Assembly: GCA_026026165.1 (NCBI GenBank)
Contig: JAPEUD010000035.1
Location: 186,001-234,044, forward strand
Length of the DNA: 48,044 nucleotides
Direction of reading: 5' to 3'
Origin: Sarea resinae
Lineage: Eukaryota
Below are positions 13,054 through 25,917 of the stretch, in pieces; the stretch's first letter is position 1, and each line of letters begins with the position of its first letter. The notes beneath the pieces were generated by a model that saw only the letters and a list, made by a program, of their open reading frames with translations, had not been told where the DNA came from and made no database searches. Both the position numbers and the translations under genes were made by a program.

Positions 13054-14058
13054 TGGCAAAGGCGTTGGAGTTTACGGAGTGATATAAGTCGTCTTCGGAG
13101 AGCAGAGGTATTGGCAGAAGTAGCAGTTATGGTTATTCAAGGCAAGGAGGTCGTTGATGACATCTGTATAAGGTAGGTAATTATGTACGAAGAGATGATG
13201 AAGTGATGAAGCGATGAGGTGATGCACCAAAGGAAGACTGGACGACGACAAATGAAGCTCGGTCAGAGTGGGAAAGGGAAGAAGCTGGCACTTATGGGAA
13301 AGCACGGGCTCGTCATCATTCGCCAACGATACAGGCGCTACCGTGGAGAACAAAGCTATGATTGGGGAAAGTAGGTGGTTTTTTCTGGCTTCCGTTGAAG
13401 GCACCCTGCATCATAACGCGCTCTCTCAGACATGCTCTCGACCTCCATGTCTAACCCAGTAGAGCATTAGTTCAGAGGAAGCGGTCTCATGGCTAGGCTG
13501 AGGACCAGCAGGATTGGGGTAGTCAGACCCTGGGCCAGCAGCAAGCCGCGCAGATCATACAGGGAAGACGAAGGGAGAGAGATACGTGATGGCAGCCACG
13601 GAGGTGGCAATTGTCGTATCACGAGCGTCCGTGGCTTCGATGTGGCGTCCATTCTGGGTCGGAACCAGCTACAACGAGATCTGACGTCGCCGAGAGCAGG
13701 CGAAGTGGATGGGATTATTGGGTGGGAGAAGACGGCATTTGAGTTGAAAGGGCCTAGACTGCCACACTTTCCCATCTGGCTCATTTCGATATGGGTAGGG
13801 AGGCGTCGTCGCTAAATGAAGCGAACAGCGACCACAGCGATCTCCGCACTGGCGGGATTCCCAGTTTTGATGCAAGCCACAGCACGTCGGGAGTACTTCT
13901 GCATCCATCGGACGGCATGGAAATGATGCACATAAGACAATATGACATGAATAGCACTCCGTGCACCCCAGCGCTGATGTATGAGTTTCGATCTGAATGT
14001 GAATCTTTCCACGAGAAGGCCTTTGAGAGACAGGACAGCGGCCCACAGTGGCTACCCT

Positions 14059-14100
14059 GGGAGTGCTGGGAGTGCTGGGAGTGCTAAGAGTGCTAGGAGT
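14059..14100. repeat. (GGGAGTGCT)n degenerate 9-mer tandem repeat
   Basis: gggagtgctgggagtgctgggagtgctaagagtgctaggagt. Confidence 0.8.
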
Positions 14101-14382
14101 AAGGTTCCGAGATTTGGGTGCGTGGGGAGGTGGTAGTGTCGTCGATCTGCTCTGGCTCGAAAGCACGGATCACAACGAGAGCCCATGCTGGAGCCTTACT
14201 CTTCGTGCTAAGGTACCTTTCGAGGTACCTCAGTACGGAGTAGATGGGAAAGATACTTGACGTTGGCGGGCAGCTACGTCACATCCGAAGTACTGTTAAG
14301 CCATCCATGATCTGGGCACTGCCCTCCAGGCTCTCGTTGGTAGTACTTCAGTCAGTACTACTCCGAAGTAGGTCATCGATAC

Positions 14383-14416
<34 letters not shown>
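14383..14416. repeat. (CTA)n trinucleotide microsatellite in the divergent intergenic region
   Basis: ctactactacta... seen directly. Confidence 0.9.
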
Positions 14417-15015
14417 CTGTACCTTATGTGGGATCAAACCGATAAGATCCACACTGCCGTACTAGAGTGAACTGCATCAATCTACTCATTTCAAGAGAAA
14501 CCCTCGTGTTGTGGCTTCAGCATTTCGCGTTAGTCGTTCCATTCCACGGCTGCGGCTCCTCTCCCGATGCGGATTGTGATTACCTAAGGTAGGTATTGTG
14601 ACTTTGAGACTTTGGCTTTGGTGACTTCAATGTTCCATTGCTGGAGTGAATTCGGTGTCGTTGCACGTGCACTTCCTCGATCGTGCACTCACCTCATGCA
14701 GTGACGGTACGGTACGGTACCTGCCGTGACCACTGTACCGCCAGATCATACCGCCAACTCAAGTCATGCTGCCAACCACGTCCTCCCCTGTGCATTTCCC
14801 CTACACCTATGTCAACACCCTTTCGATTTGAGCCTCAAGAGTCTGCCTTCCTAGATTGCACTTCACCTTCATCTGTATTATATCCTCTTGACCGACCCAA
14901 GCTCTCGTCACGGAATAGATGATACCCTTTGAAACGAAGCGGCAGCTTTGAAGCTGATCCGTCATACGCCTTCCAACCCTGTTCCATCCACCCTACCTGC
15001 TAGACACCATCAATC

Positions 15016-17913
15016 ATGCGACCCACGCGACTCCTCCTTGTCCTCCTCTGCCTCGTCGCTTTTCCCGTCATTTTGACCATCTCATCTCTACTATTTGCGC
15101 ATCCGCAGCAGCAGGGCTCGGTATCGACGACCTCTCGGAGTAAGCGGGGTGGCATAAGTCAAGCCTTCTCGTTTCATTTACCGGCCTCACTTTTTCCGCC
15201 TTCGGCCATCATAAGCTTGACCGACGATAATTCGACCTTCTTCCTCGCTCGTCCCGCCGAGTTTGGGCCTCTTCTACCATCCAAGGGTCTGAGCGGCCAA
15301 CTATGGATCGGTACGGGATTCGGAGATGACAGTTTAAGAAGAGGGGGTCTGGCAACCAGCGCCGAGGGGGAGTTGGGTTGCAGCGATGTGCCGGGCTGGA
15401 GTGAAGATCGAGAACAACCAGTCACCGATGTCGATGTTAAGAGCTCCAGCAGGAAGTCACTCGCCGTTCCAAAAAAAGAGACGACCGGGGAGCGTCCGAG
15501 GGGCGGCTCAACCAAGGGCGGTCGGAAACGAAGTATTAACGAGGCAGCCTCTGACGGTCTCATGGACCCACCATCGAAAAGAGACGGTACCGATGATTAC
15601 CTCCATCATCCCCTTCCTCGCTCCGAGATCTCGAAACCTTCCAAGCCAGGTCAGATTGCTCAGCACGAGGCCAATCGCGGCCGAGGGAAATTGGCCGGAC
15701 ACGCCGATATCCAGTCCTTACAAGAAGGCGCTGAGATTGCTGGCAAGGTTGTACTCTTGAGTCGGGGCGGCTGTGGCTTTTTGGAGAAAGTCAAGTGGGC
15801 CCAAAGGCGGGGCGCGATAGCAGTCATCGTGGGCGACGATACCCGTGGTGGTGCTCTCGTACCCATGTACGCCGCCGGGGACACCTCCAATATCAGTATC
15901 CCCTCGCTATTCACCTCACACACTACGGCCCACCTTCTCTCTTCCTTGATTCCACCGGGGGGCTACGAGGAGGGGAAGCTAGATCGTATTCGAAAGGGAG
16001 ATATGATCGGAGTAAAGGGGAGTGTTAAACAGCCTAGCGGACGAAAGTCTGCATTGAACATGGATGATCGGCCTACCTTCACCCAAAGGTCGTCAATGGC
16101 CAAACCTACCTCTGTGTCTCGCCATCACACGAAGCCTTCGGCGAAAGCTATCGATAATCTTGATCGTGAGGATAGTTCTTCAGAAGACTCGGATGAAGAG
16201 AGCTGGCTGTGGTCATTCTTTTCTTCATTAGGAATTGATCAGGGTGATGGTCAAGGTGCGGGAGAGGACAGCAGACGGCCGCCCAGTAGTGGACATCTTG
16301 ATTGGGTGCCCGCAGATGAATGGAGCGATGAAGATGTTCCCGAACCGCCGAGAGGCAGAATGCCTACGGAGAACGATGATGCTGCAGATAAGAGGAAGTC
16401 GAAATCGGCATCAGATGAGAGGACAAACTCGCATGCCGAGACACCTGGCGATGGTTTCGTCATTGGCGTCCAAGATTGGCGGGATCCTGATCTAGTCGGG
16501 CCTACCACCACGAGCACCGTTTTGCAGACAACTTCGACGAGAATAAACGCGAAGATTCAATCTACGGGACACGCACTCAAGCCGTCTTCTAAAGGCAAAC
16601 AATCGCCGCCAGGACAGCCGGCTGAAAATGGTGACCGATTAAAGGGTGGTAGCATTACGCCAGGAAGTGGTGAATATGAGAATCCAGGAGGGCATACTCA
16701 GGATGCTCCAGAATCGCATGCCGAAGGAGACTTTCAAAATGACTCTGAGCTCGAAGATCAGGCCGCAGATGACAACGATGGATGGTTCAGCCACTTGCCA
16801 TGGCACGACGACGACGAGGGCCAAGCTCCCGGAGCAGGGGATCCTGAAAGTGTCCGACAATCTCAGAATGCCGCTGGACATGGAGAAGAAGGTCGACCGA
16901 ATGTGAAAGCCAAGCCCGGTGAAAAAGGCAACAGTCCTATTGATGCACATGAAGGGCTTTGGGTCACACTGACTCCGACGAGTATGTCGACAAGCCCTTT
17001 CTTCGATACATTGTTGGTTCTGGTGGTCAGTCCACTGGTCACTTTGACTGTCGTGTATGCTTTGCTATTGCTACGATCTAGAATCCGCCGCCGGAGATGG
17101 CGTGCGCCAAAGGCGATTGTGGATCGACTCCCTGTGCGCACATATCATACTCTATCATCCTCTTCTAGCACAAGTGGATCTGCTGTAACCACCCCAAATA
17201 CGTCCTCGCCGACATCTCCTCTCCTTCAATCATCTAATCGTGCGACAATTTCTCACACACGACCGCGCTCCCGGACGGCATCTAGCGTGTCGGAGCAGCC
17301 CTCATCTCTGCGAATGAAGGACCCGGCGACAGAGCGCGAGAAGATCACCGGCGGATCAACTGAATGGAGGCGGCGGTATATCAGCAGACAGGTCGAGTGT
17401 GTGGTGTGTTTGGAGGAGTACGTCGACGGTCAGAGTCGAGTAATGAGTCTTCCCTGCGGGCACGAATTCCACGCGGAATGCATGTAAGATTTTCCCGTGC
17501 TTTTCGAATCACGCTCGCATTGCTGACATTGAAAACGTAGCACTCCCTGGTTGACAACTCGACGTCGGACTTGTCCTATTTGCAAAGGAGACGTTGTCCG
17601 CTCTCTTGCTCACGGCTCACCTTCTAGTAATCGTTATCCGGACTACCACGACAGCCCCAATGAAGACATCCAGATTCGCGCCGCCGAGACGATGGATGAG
17701 TCCCCATCATCCGCCATGCCGATTCCCTCAAGCAGTAACGAGGACATCGACCTCGAACGAGGAGATGACTCCGCCCGGACTCTCGTCAATGGCCGGTCGA
17801 TCAGTTTGCGAGGTATATGGAGGGGTTTGGCATCATCCTTACGGTCGGTTACCTCTGCCGGCGAGGCATCTTCTCGGCCACAATCTGAAGCCGAAACGGA
17901 CAGGGATCGGTAA
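15016..17913 (+). CDS. PA-domain, transmembrane, RING-H2 E3 ubiquitin ligase (RNF13/RMR-like; ~946 aa; exons 15016-17483, 17541-17913)
   Basis: N-terminal signal/anchor. PA motifs FFLARPAEFGP and VVLLSRGGCGFLEKVKWAQRRGA. TM helix LLVLVVSPLVTLTVVYALLLL. RING-H2 CVVC...LPCGHEFHAECI|TPWL....TCPICK is split by an intron. Confidence 0.92.
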
Positions 17914-18236
17914 GGGGCAAGCGAGTGAGATTCACGGCGCTGGGGGGGTGGGTGAATTTTGGTGTTTAGCATAAGGGTCACTTTCTTTCTTTCCTTCTTT
18001 CGGACGTATCTCTCAAGTAGAATAGGCAAGCGGCCGTGATTCTTGTTCAACCTTGCATCGGTGTCCTTCCTAGTGAACGGTGGGTGAACCCCTACACTGA
18101 TCGACCGATCGATTTCTTCTGCGTCACTCGCTCTCTCTCTCTTTCAATACCACTCTCAAGTCCTCTCTCTCCTCGGTGCTTCGTTCTGTCGAATATAAAC
18201 ACTACTACAATACTACCTTATGATATACCACAGAAG

Positions 18237-18256
18237 CACACACACACACACACACA
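18237..18256. repeat. (CA)n microsatellite in the 3' region of the RING gene
   Basis: cacacacacacacacacaca. Confidence 0.85.
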
Positions 18257-20552
18257 GGCACATGCGCGCGCGCAGCACCTTGGGCCCTGTTCTATATTGC
18301 AACTTTCTAAAACTCCCCTTCCCCCACCGCGTGCGTGCGTGTGCAACTTGTGTTACTCATCTTCAATGATTGGTACTGCCCTGCTCGCTCTCGCGCTCAT
18401 TGTTACCATGTCATAAGTGAGCTTTTGTGTGTACTAGATATGTAGATAGATAGAAGTACACAGTATGTATTTGCGCACTTTGTATATCTCTTGTCTGCTT
18501 TGCTGCCAAGGCCGTCTTCTATTTCGTTCTATGTTCGAAGTAACCTACCTTAGCAACGTTCTGGCCCCACTGTCTGCAGCATGACTGGAAACCGACATCT
18601 TCGGCAGTTGAGTGCGTGGATGCCCGCGCTCATCCCTGGGGAAGTGAGGCATGTTGCTCAATCATCGATCATAATCATCGATCGGGTATGAAAAGCAACT
18701 TAACAATTGTGACAGAGGCAATGAACATTGTGGCAGGGCCGGTCAGTCAGAGTCAAACTCGACCCAGGCCTCACAAGTGACGAAAGTAAAGACCGTCGGT
18801 CCGCTGGTCCGTTGGGAGGGAGCCTCGAAACTTTAAATCATAGTAAACAATGAACAGCAGGGTTGATATCATTTTCAGTGTCATTGTCCTGCGGCGCGTG
18901 GAAGGTCAAGACGAAAAGGCGACTAGAGTCAAAGGCGGAGAGGAGCTGCCATGAGCTGTCTTGCCGTCCGTTCAATCGCTCGATACCTCTTTGTAGCGCT
19001 TGCTGGGAAGAGAATGAAGAAGCATCACTCAGCTTTGATTGGGAATTTGTAACTCAGTGTCGATCCTTTCCAAGCATCTAGTGTGGTCGATCATCCAGCC
19101 TTCTAATGATATTCTAAGACCGTGAATCAAATAAGCAATAATGTTTCAATGATTGCGAATGATGAGTCGCTTACTCCCTTGGTCATCAGCGGGCTGCGGG
19201 ATCCCATCTGCCGACGTCAGCGACGGTTCAGAGCTCCAGCCGCTTGGCAAGTGAATCTGCATTGGCCTTAGCACCTTGTGTCGATCAGCCCGGCATCATC
19301 TGTCGGGATTGACAGTCACTGCGCATCTCCTCCAGAGCCCTATCTACAGAGGACAGAGGAGAGAATGATGAAGCGAAATTAATCGCGTTGCCTTCGCTGC
19401 TACTACTCTTCTAGCGCGTGAGTCGTTGCTCTGACGGAATGAGACTGTTCCCCAAGTAGATCCTCCCCCGCGGTGGTAGCGATCATGCCCGCTAGAAAGC
19501 TTCGTTTCCTAAGCTAATGGCGACGAGCCGAGCAGAGGCGAGAAGAATCATCATGGATGGCGACGTGGGAGGCCCGAGGGCCCCAAAGGACCCCAAAATC
19601 TCACACACATCCTCGAGCCTAGGTAGTGAACGGCCAACGTCAAACGTCAGGCACCAGGGGCACAACCAAGCCTAGCCCCGAGTCTCTCTTTGGCCAGACA
19701 CCGCCACGACGGCCCCTTCACGCTTCCAGATTCCGGGGCAATCTCGAAGACGGCAACGACTATCACCAGAGCTGCGTAGCAGGTCCAGGGTAATCGAATG
19801 CGAACACTGATCCGAGACTAATGATCCCACACTACCTCATCTATCGATCTTTCCATGATCCTCTGCTAGTACGAGTAAGCTGATGCTGAAGCCTCTTCAG
19901 AGATCCGGCACCCTGTTCTCTCGAAGGATCATGCTCCACTCCTAGCCGAGATGCTCTTCCACGGCACAACCAACCAAGACCTCGGAAGAGAATCAAGTCT
20001 AGTCCTGTAACGTGAAAGTCATCAGAGATCAACGGGCTTGAGCACATTAAATTCGAGGGTCTCACTGAACTCCGTACGCCGGCAGTCCCAAATCTGCTCG
20101 GATCACCCTTTCGTTCAGCTATTCGCCCAAGAGGCCAGCTCCCACCCCGCATCAAGCGAAAGCCTCATTCTTCATCCACGTCTCCATGCAGGTGGAAACA
20201 AGGGTCTATGCAAGCATCGGCGGAGAACTCGCGCACCCTAGCCATGCCAGCCATATCTTACCCCATCCTCCCTGTCCATGTGGAAACTCGTGCTGTGGTT
20301 GATCTGGGCTGATATAATATAGCGGTCGTCTGTGCGCTTCTATATTATGGGGAAGGCACACCTATCAGATCGTGATCTGCGCTGCAGCAGTTTTCATTAC
20401 TACCCGACGCTGGTGATTTTCTATTTCATGCGGTTCGGTCCTCACCTGTTAAGCTCCGCTTTCTGCCCCCCTACGAGAGTTCCTCGCTGAGAGTGACCCT
20501 TTTTCTTCATTTCCTCGCTCTCGTTTTTGAGTGCCGCTCTACTAAATCTACC

Positions 20553-21861
20553 ATGAAACCTCGAATATCCAAGGCACCTGGCTCGAATTACTTTCCTTCT
20601 CCTTATAGTCTCGATCCACTTCCTCCTGATCTCCACCGTGGCCTGATCCCGCTCGGCATCTTTGCCCTTATATCATTCCTTGCAACCTTTGGGTTATTGC
20701 TGTTTATCACTTGGCGTTTGATATCGTGGAGAAAACACTACAGAACCTACCTCGGATACAATCAATGTGTCCTCCTCATTTACAATCTACTCTTTGCCGA
20801 CCTGCAGCAAGCGCTTTCCCTGATCATCAGTTTCCATTGGCTACAGGAAGACAGAATTGTTGCTCCGACTTCGGCATGTTTCGCGCAAGGCTGGCTCATC
20901 CAAGTCGGAGATGTTTCCAGCGGACTTTTCGTCTTGACCATCGCACTGCACACCTTTTACTCAGTCGCGGTCGGCAAAAAGATGGGCTATATACCATTTT
21001 GTTTGGTGGTGGGAGGAATCTGGATCTTGACTCTTGTGCTTTCCATTATCGGGCCAACGACGCACAAAAATGATTACTTTACACGTGCGGGGGCTTGGGT
21101 ATGCGAATCCTGATCTGACCGCACTTCGTCCCGCGCTAATGAGACCTAGTGCTGGGTCTCCCAAGCTTACGAGGACGAACGGCTCTGGCTGCATTATCTG
21201 TGGATTTTCATTTCCGAGTTTGGTACAGTCGTCGTCTATGCTGGTGTGTCTTATCCTCGCAGGAATTGGCTTTTCCCATCTGACATCGCATACAGCTCTT
21301 TTTCTGGTTCTACGGAAACACATGAAACATGTCAGCCCCCACAGCGGTAGTCCGTCATCAGCCGACAAGGTCCAACAAGCGGCCCGATATATGATTGCGT
21401 ATCCGATTGTCTACGTCCTCACGACCCTGCCGCTGGCCGCCGGACGCATGGCTACTATGACGGGCGCAGACCTCCCGAATGCCTACTATTGCGTCGCCGG
21501 GTCGCTCATCGCCTCGTGTGGCTGGATCGATGTGCTGCTCTACACCCTGACGCGAAGGGTCTTGGTCAGTGGTGAGCTACGACAGGGCGGGGGATACCGC
21601 AGGAACAGCACGGGCGATGGAATCGGGGCTGTACCTAATGTGACATTTGGATCATCGGGAATCAATAAGAGGACACGGCGGGGCGGAGAGACGTTGATCA
21701 CTTCGACGCGAGATGGCAGTCCGGATGGAAGCATGGAGGGGATCATGATGGGGGTCAAGACCGAGACGACGATCGAAGTGACGAGCGAGCCAGCATCTCG
21801 GGGACGCGCCAGTGAAGAGGGCTCAGATTGCCTCGGCAGGGAAAGATCGTGGCTAGCTTAA
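20553..21861 (+). CDS. Git3/Gpr1-like (GprC/D-type) fungal G-protein-coupled receptor (~401 aa; exons 20553-21098, 21150-21243, 21296-21861)
   Basis: Seven hydrophobic segments. Motifs NQCVLLIYNLLFADLQQA, CFAQGWLIQVGDVSS, RAGAW|CW, RLWLHYLWIF, MIAYPIVYVLTTLPLAAGR and GWIDVLLYTLTR. Confidence 0.88.
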
Positions 21862-22878
21862 GCCGGGCGTTTTAGTTTGCTGGTACCGGAATTGCGTCTC
21901 GGAAAGGAGTTGGGTGTCGTTCTGGAATTCTAATCCTCTCATTGGCAAATGAAGTCGTTGATTCTTGTTCCGCACCGCTTGCGAAATCTTCCACGTGCAT
22001 GTCGTCTTTGTGCCGCGGTGGCGCTTTGACTTCCCCATAACATCCGATTCCGTCTCGCCTCATGCCATGTTGCACCTGTACGTACTCTACACTCCTATCG
22101 CACATCCACGTCCATAGCAGTCTGAGACTCAACGACAATCGATGATGTTCCCCTGTGCCACCCTCTATCAGACCATGGATCTTATCTCGTCCTCTTCACT
22201 CGCGCTCCCTGTGTTTCTGTCTCTACCGGCCCACCCTTGGCCCTGATGTTGAGATGGTCTCGTGCCTGCATGACTCGTGCCCCTTTGCGCGTCTTACACG
22301 CGCATGGCATGCATGAACCGAGGCTCGCGTACGATGGGTGAGGTGGGTGCCTAACGTCTGTATCTCGTACTTTGTGGAGTCAGGGGTATCTTCGGTGTTG
22401 GATTGTTTACCGATGCACTCAACATATGGGATTTTGACTGGAGTGTACCACATACTACGTAGTAACTGGCGAGGTTCCTGATGTCTGGCGTGCCTGGCAT
22501 TGGCGGCGTGCAATGGACCGCTAACAATAGCATAGAAGGATTCCACGATTCCGTTCTGCGTTAAACCATAACAACTACTCCGGAGTAGAACCCAAGGTAG
22601 GTACCTTTGTGCCAATGCAGTCAAGTACTCCGAGTACGTGCGATAGGGCAAGATCGCCAAGGCTCCGGAACAACGATGTCTCTCGGACGTGCCCCAGGCA
22701 GCAGTAGCAGCCTAGCCAGAATCTCTTCTCGACTTTCAAATCAATTCGTCTTTTAAACCATCATGATGGACCTTTTCGTGCTCCTTCACCTTCATCTTCA
22801 TCTTCATCCTCATCATCCCCATCCTCATCATCTGCCTTTCTACGAGAGAACCAGACTCAAGATCCAATCTATACCGAA

Positions 22879-25499
22879 ATGATGAGAATCCCCGGATTGC
22901 GCCCGTCGGTTCCTCCATCAACACCTTTGTGTCTGGGGAACCTTCAAGATGGCGAGACGGTGTATCAGGTAGGCAATGCTTCAGTTCTGATCCGAAAGTC
23001 GTCATCTTCTCATGACCTCCACTACAGCGCTGCGTCCTCATTCACGGCCAATGCTCCTCATTCGAAGGAGATTCGGACTTCCTCTCCATCACCACCTGTG
23101 ATGCGGCTGGCGCCCCTACCTTCCCCAAACAGAGCTGGCCGATCTCCGAAGGACGATTCAAGGCCTTGATCATGCTCGCCCCCGGCAGCAACGTCTTGAC
23201 CCTCCAGAATCATCATAATGGTCAAGCCCAACAATCCATCGCTCTCTCGCTCACATATATTCCGCTGCTGCAGGTCCCGCCTGTCCACTTAGCCATCATG
23301 GTTGCCAAGGACTCCCCGCTTTTGATCGACTGTCCGTTTCACAAGAGAGCAGGCTTATCCTCAGCCCATGCCGATCTAGATGCCGCCATTGCCAAGTTCC
23401 GAGTGACGGCCTACATGTGGCAGGCGCTCACCGCTGAAGATATGCGTTCCAAGGGTCTCGGACGGCGCTCTTTCCGCATTGAAGAGGAATGGACCAACGA
23501 TACTCTCAGTCGAGATTTTCTTCACGCGGCATATGAGCCGTCTCAATACGGAAACGAAGCAATGCGTTCGACTGCCAAAGTGCATCTCATCCGCTCAGAT
23601 AAGACCGTCGCCGAGCTGAGGAAACCGGATCTTGCTCAGCAAAACTCGCACGCTCGTCAACCGGACAAACTCCACGAATACTTCCTGGCGGCGTTGAAAA
23701 AGCACGGTGCCCCGTTCACCTCCTTTGCTCGTCCCATCGTCGCTGGTCTCATCTTGGACTCGACCTACTCACAGAGCCAGGATCTCATCTTGGCACATGC
23801 CGCTCTCGGCAGCTCGAATCCGGGCGGAATCTCGCTCGGTATGTTTGGAAGCCACCTGACATACTCTTGGCCTCGCTTTCTCGAGGAAATCCCAGCTTGT
23901 CTCCTTGACATTACTCCTCCAGGGGATGACGTGGGTAATGATAATGGCGAATGCGGCACGAGCTGGGAAGCTTGCGCTATTGGACAAGGCGCTTTCTTGC
24001 ACGAGCTCGGTCATGCGTTTGGCTCGCCGCACAGCAAGGGTATTATGGAGAGAGGGTACGCACAGCACTGGCCCATGAACTTTCTGACGCATACGGCATA
24101 CTGCTCTCATACAAAGACCCACGGTAGCATGGTCCTTGACGGAATAACGCACAATGAGGCTCGCTGGGACATCAGCGATGCTTTACGCTTCAAAACACTT
24201 CCTCACTTCAAGCTTCCCACTGACTCGATTCTTAAACGTGAAATCCTTGACGCTTCCCCAAGGGTAAGATCGATGGGCGAGGACGATGAAAAGCAAGGTT
24301 TGGTGATTGAGTCTTCGGTCGGAATTGCTCGAGTCCAATTCGGAGACGTTTCGGAAGGCCAGCCGTCTATCTATGCGCCCGCGGACTCCGTGGTCTACTC
24401 CAAGGCTGAACTTGAGCGTCGGTTCGACCGGTCTCAACCGTTGAGCATCAACGTCCTCGGAATGAACGGAAAGGAAATCTCGGTCCACAACGCGTGGAGA
24501 ATTATGTCTAGTTCAACGTCGCTTCGTGTTCCAGGGTCATCAGTCGTACTCCGAAAACGGTCCGCCTGTCAGGATGATACCGAAAATTTCGGCCACCAGG
24601 CGATATGGCATTGGGGGGTTCTTCTGAAGCAGCTTGGGAATAACGGCGAGCGTAGGTCTTCTAGTTGTCATCGAACAATGGCCCCCTGGCTGACTGATAC
24701 TGGACAGTTATCCCGGCTACGGCGATTGATCTCCGAGTTGGCTGTGCCCTGGATGGTGCGATTGTCTTCTTTGCAGATGGTCGAAACGTTCCTTGCGGAC
24801 CGCGTTGGGAGCCTAACGGACAGCACCACCATTTTGGTACGTTGACATTCAAGCCTCATTGTGGGACAGATTCTTATCAGTAAACGTGTATAGGAGGACA
24901 TGCATCTAAGAGATTTGCCCTGCCACCCGGAGTTGAGATCGAAAAGGTAGAAGTGGCAGGTCAAGGGCACAATCTGCAGGGTATCAGGATGCATCTGTCG
25001 AATGGGCGTGCATATGGCGAATTGAACAACTATAATCACAGCGACGAGAATCTCACTGTCTTGGGTATGCACCATCTGCCAAACATCGACATTTTGGCCG
25101 TTGGCTATTCGATACTGATTGACGACTAGAACCGGCCAAAGACTCCAAGATCGTTGGCTTTTACGGCAGGAGCTCTTGGAATGGAGGATTCTGTGCTACC
25201 CTCGATTTTGGCATCATCACAGCACCGAGAGATGTTGATCTGCCGCTGGAGGCTTATAAGCTCCCAGAGTTGATCAACACTGATGGTGATACCGGTCCCG
25301 TAAGCCCTCATTCCGAATCCTTTCGAGACACAAACTAAGAGAGATATTTCAGAGGCCTGGCCGAGCACAACACAACCGTAACATTCGCTCGAACCCGGTG
25401 AGGGTGGGGGAGGATCCGGATGAGGATGAGGATGAGGATGAGGATGAGGATGAAGGTAATGACCCTTGGGACAGTTACGACACCATGGAGGATGATTAG
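22879..25499 (+). CDS. Putative zinc metallopeptidase (Metallopep-like) with a C-terminal jacalin-like lectin domain (~776 aa; exons 22879-22968, 23028-24651, 24708-24836, 24894-25064, 25130-25299, 25353-25499)
   Basis: GETVYQ|RCVLIHG, PPVHLAIMVAKDSP, AYMWQALTAEDM, GSHLTYSWP and the zinc motif GAFLHELGHAFGSPH. The C-terminus has DLRVGCALDG, FGG and KIVGFYGRS. The last intron is inferred. Confidence 0.87.
25419..25453 (+). repeat. (GATGAG)n hexamer repeat, probably coding a poly-Asp/Glu tail
   Basis: gatgaggatgaggatgag... lies in frame in the inferred last exon. Confidence 0.85.
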
Positions 25500-25917
25500 A
25501 TAGTCCAACGCAATCCATGACGAGAGCAGTCAACGAATTTCCTATGTACTGGAAGGCAACAGGGTTTTATTCACTTTAATCATGTATTTGGGACTATCTC
25601 GCATCACTCATGGTCGACCTTGTAATTGTCCCCGCAAACCAAGCAGATGATGATCGTGCATTCGATCTAGAGTTGTTGACTTTGACAAAGTGAATGCTGG
25701 TCTATAGAAGACCTCCACTGCTACCTCACTCTTCCGGCACTTGCATCCTCTCATCACACACTTCAGCTTTCTTCCGTTACTCGTACACGAGACCTCGAGC
25801 TCTCTTTCATCCCTGCATTCGTTCTATCATATTATTTCACTCATCTCGACTCTTTTTCCACTAAATCTAACGCTATTCCCTAATTCAGGTCACTACCATC
25901 CATCAGCCGCATCAATC

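Noticed and set aside
25741..25917. 59-codon N-terminal extension of the TET/JBP-like ORF from a TTG
   Set aside because: A pyrimidine-rich 5'UTR-like sequence. The ATG at 25918 in an ATCATG context is the more plausible start.
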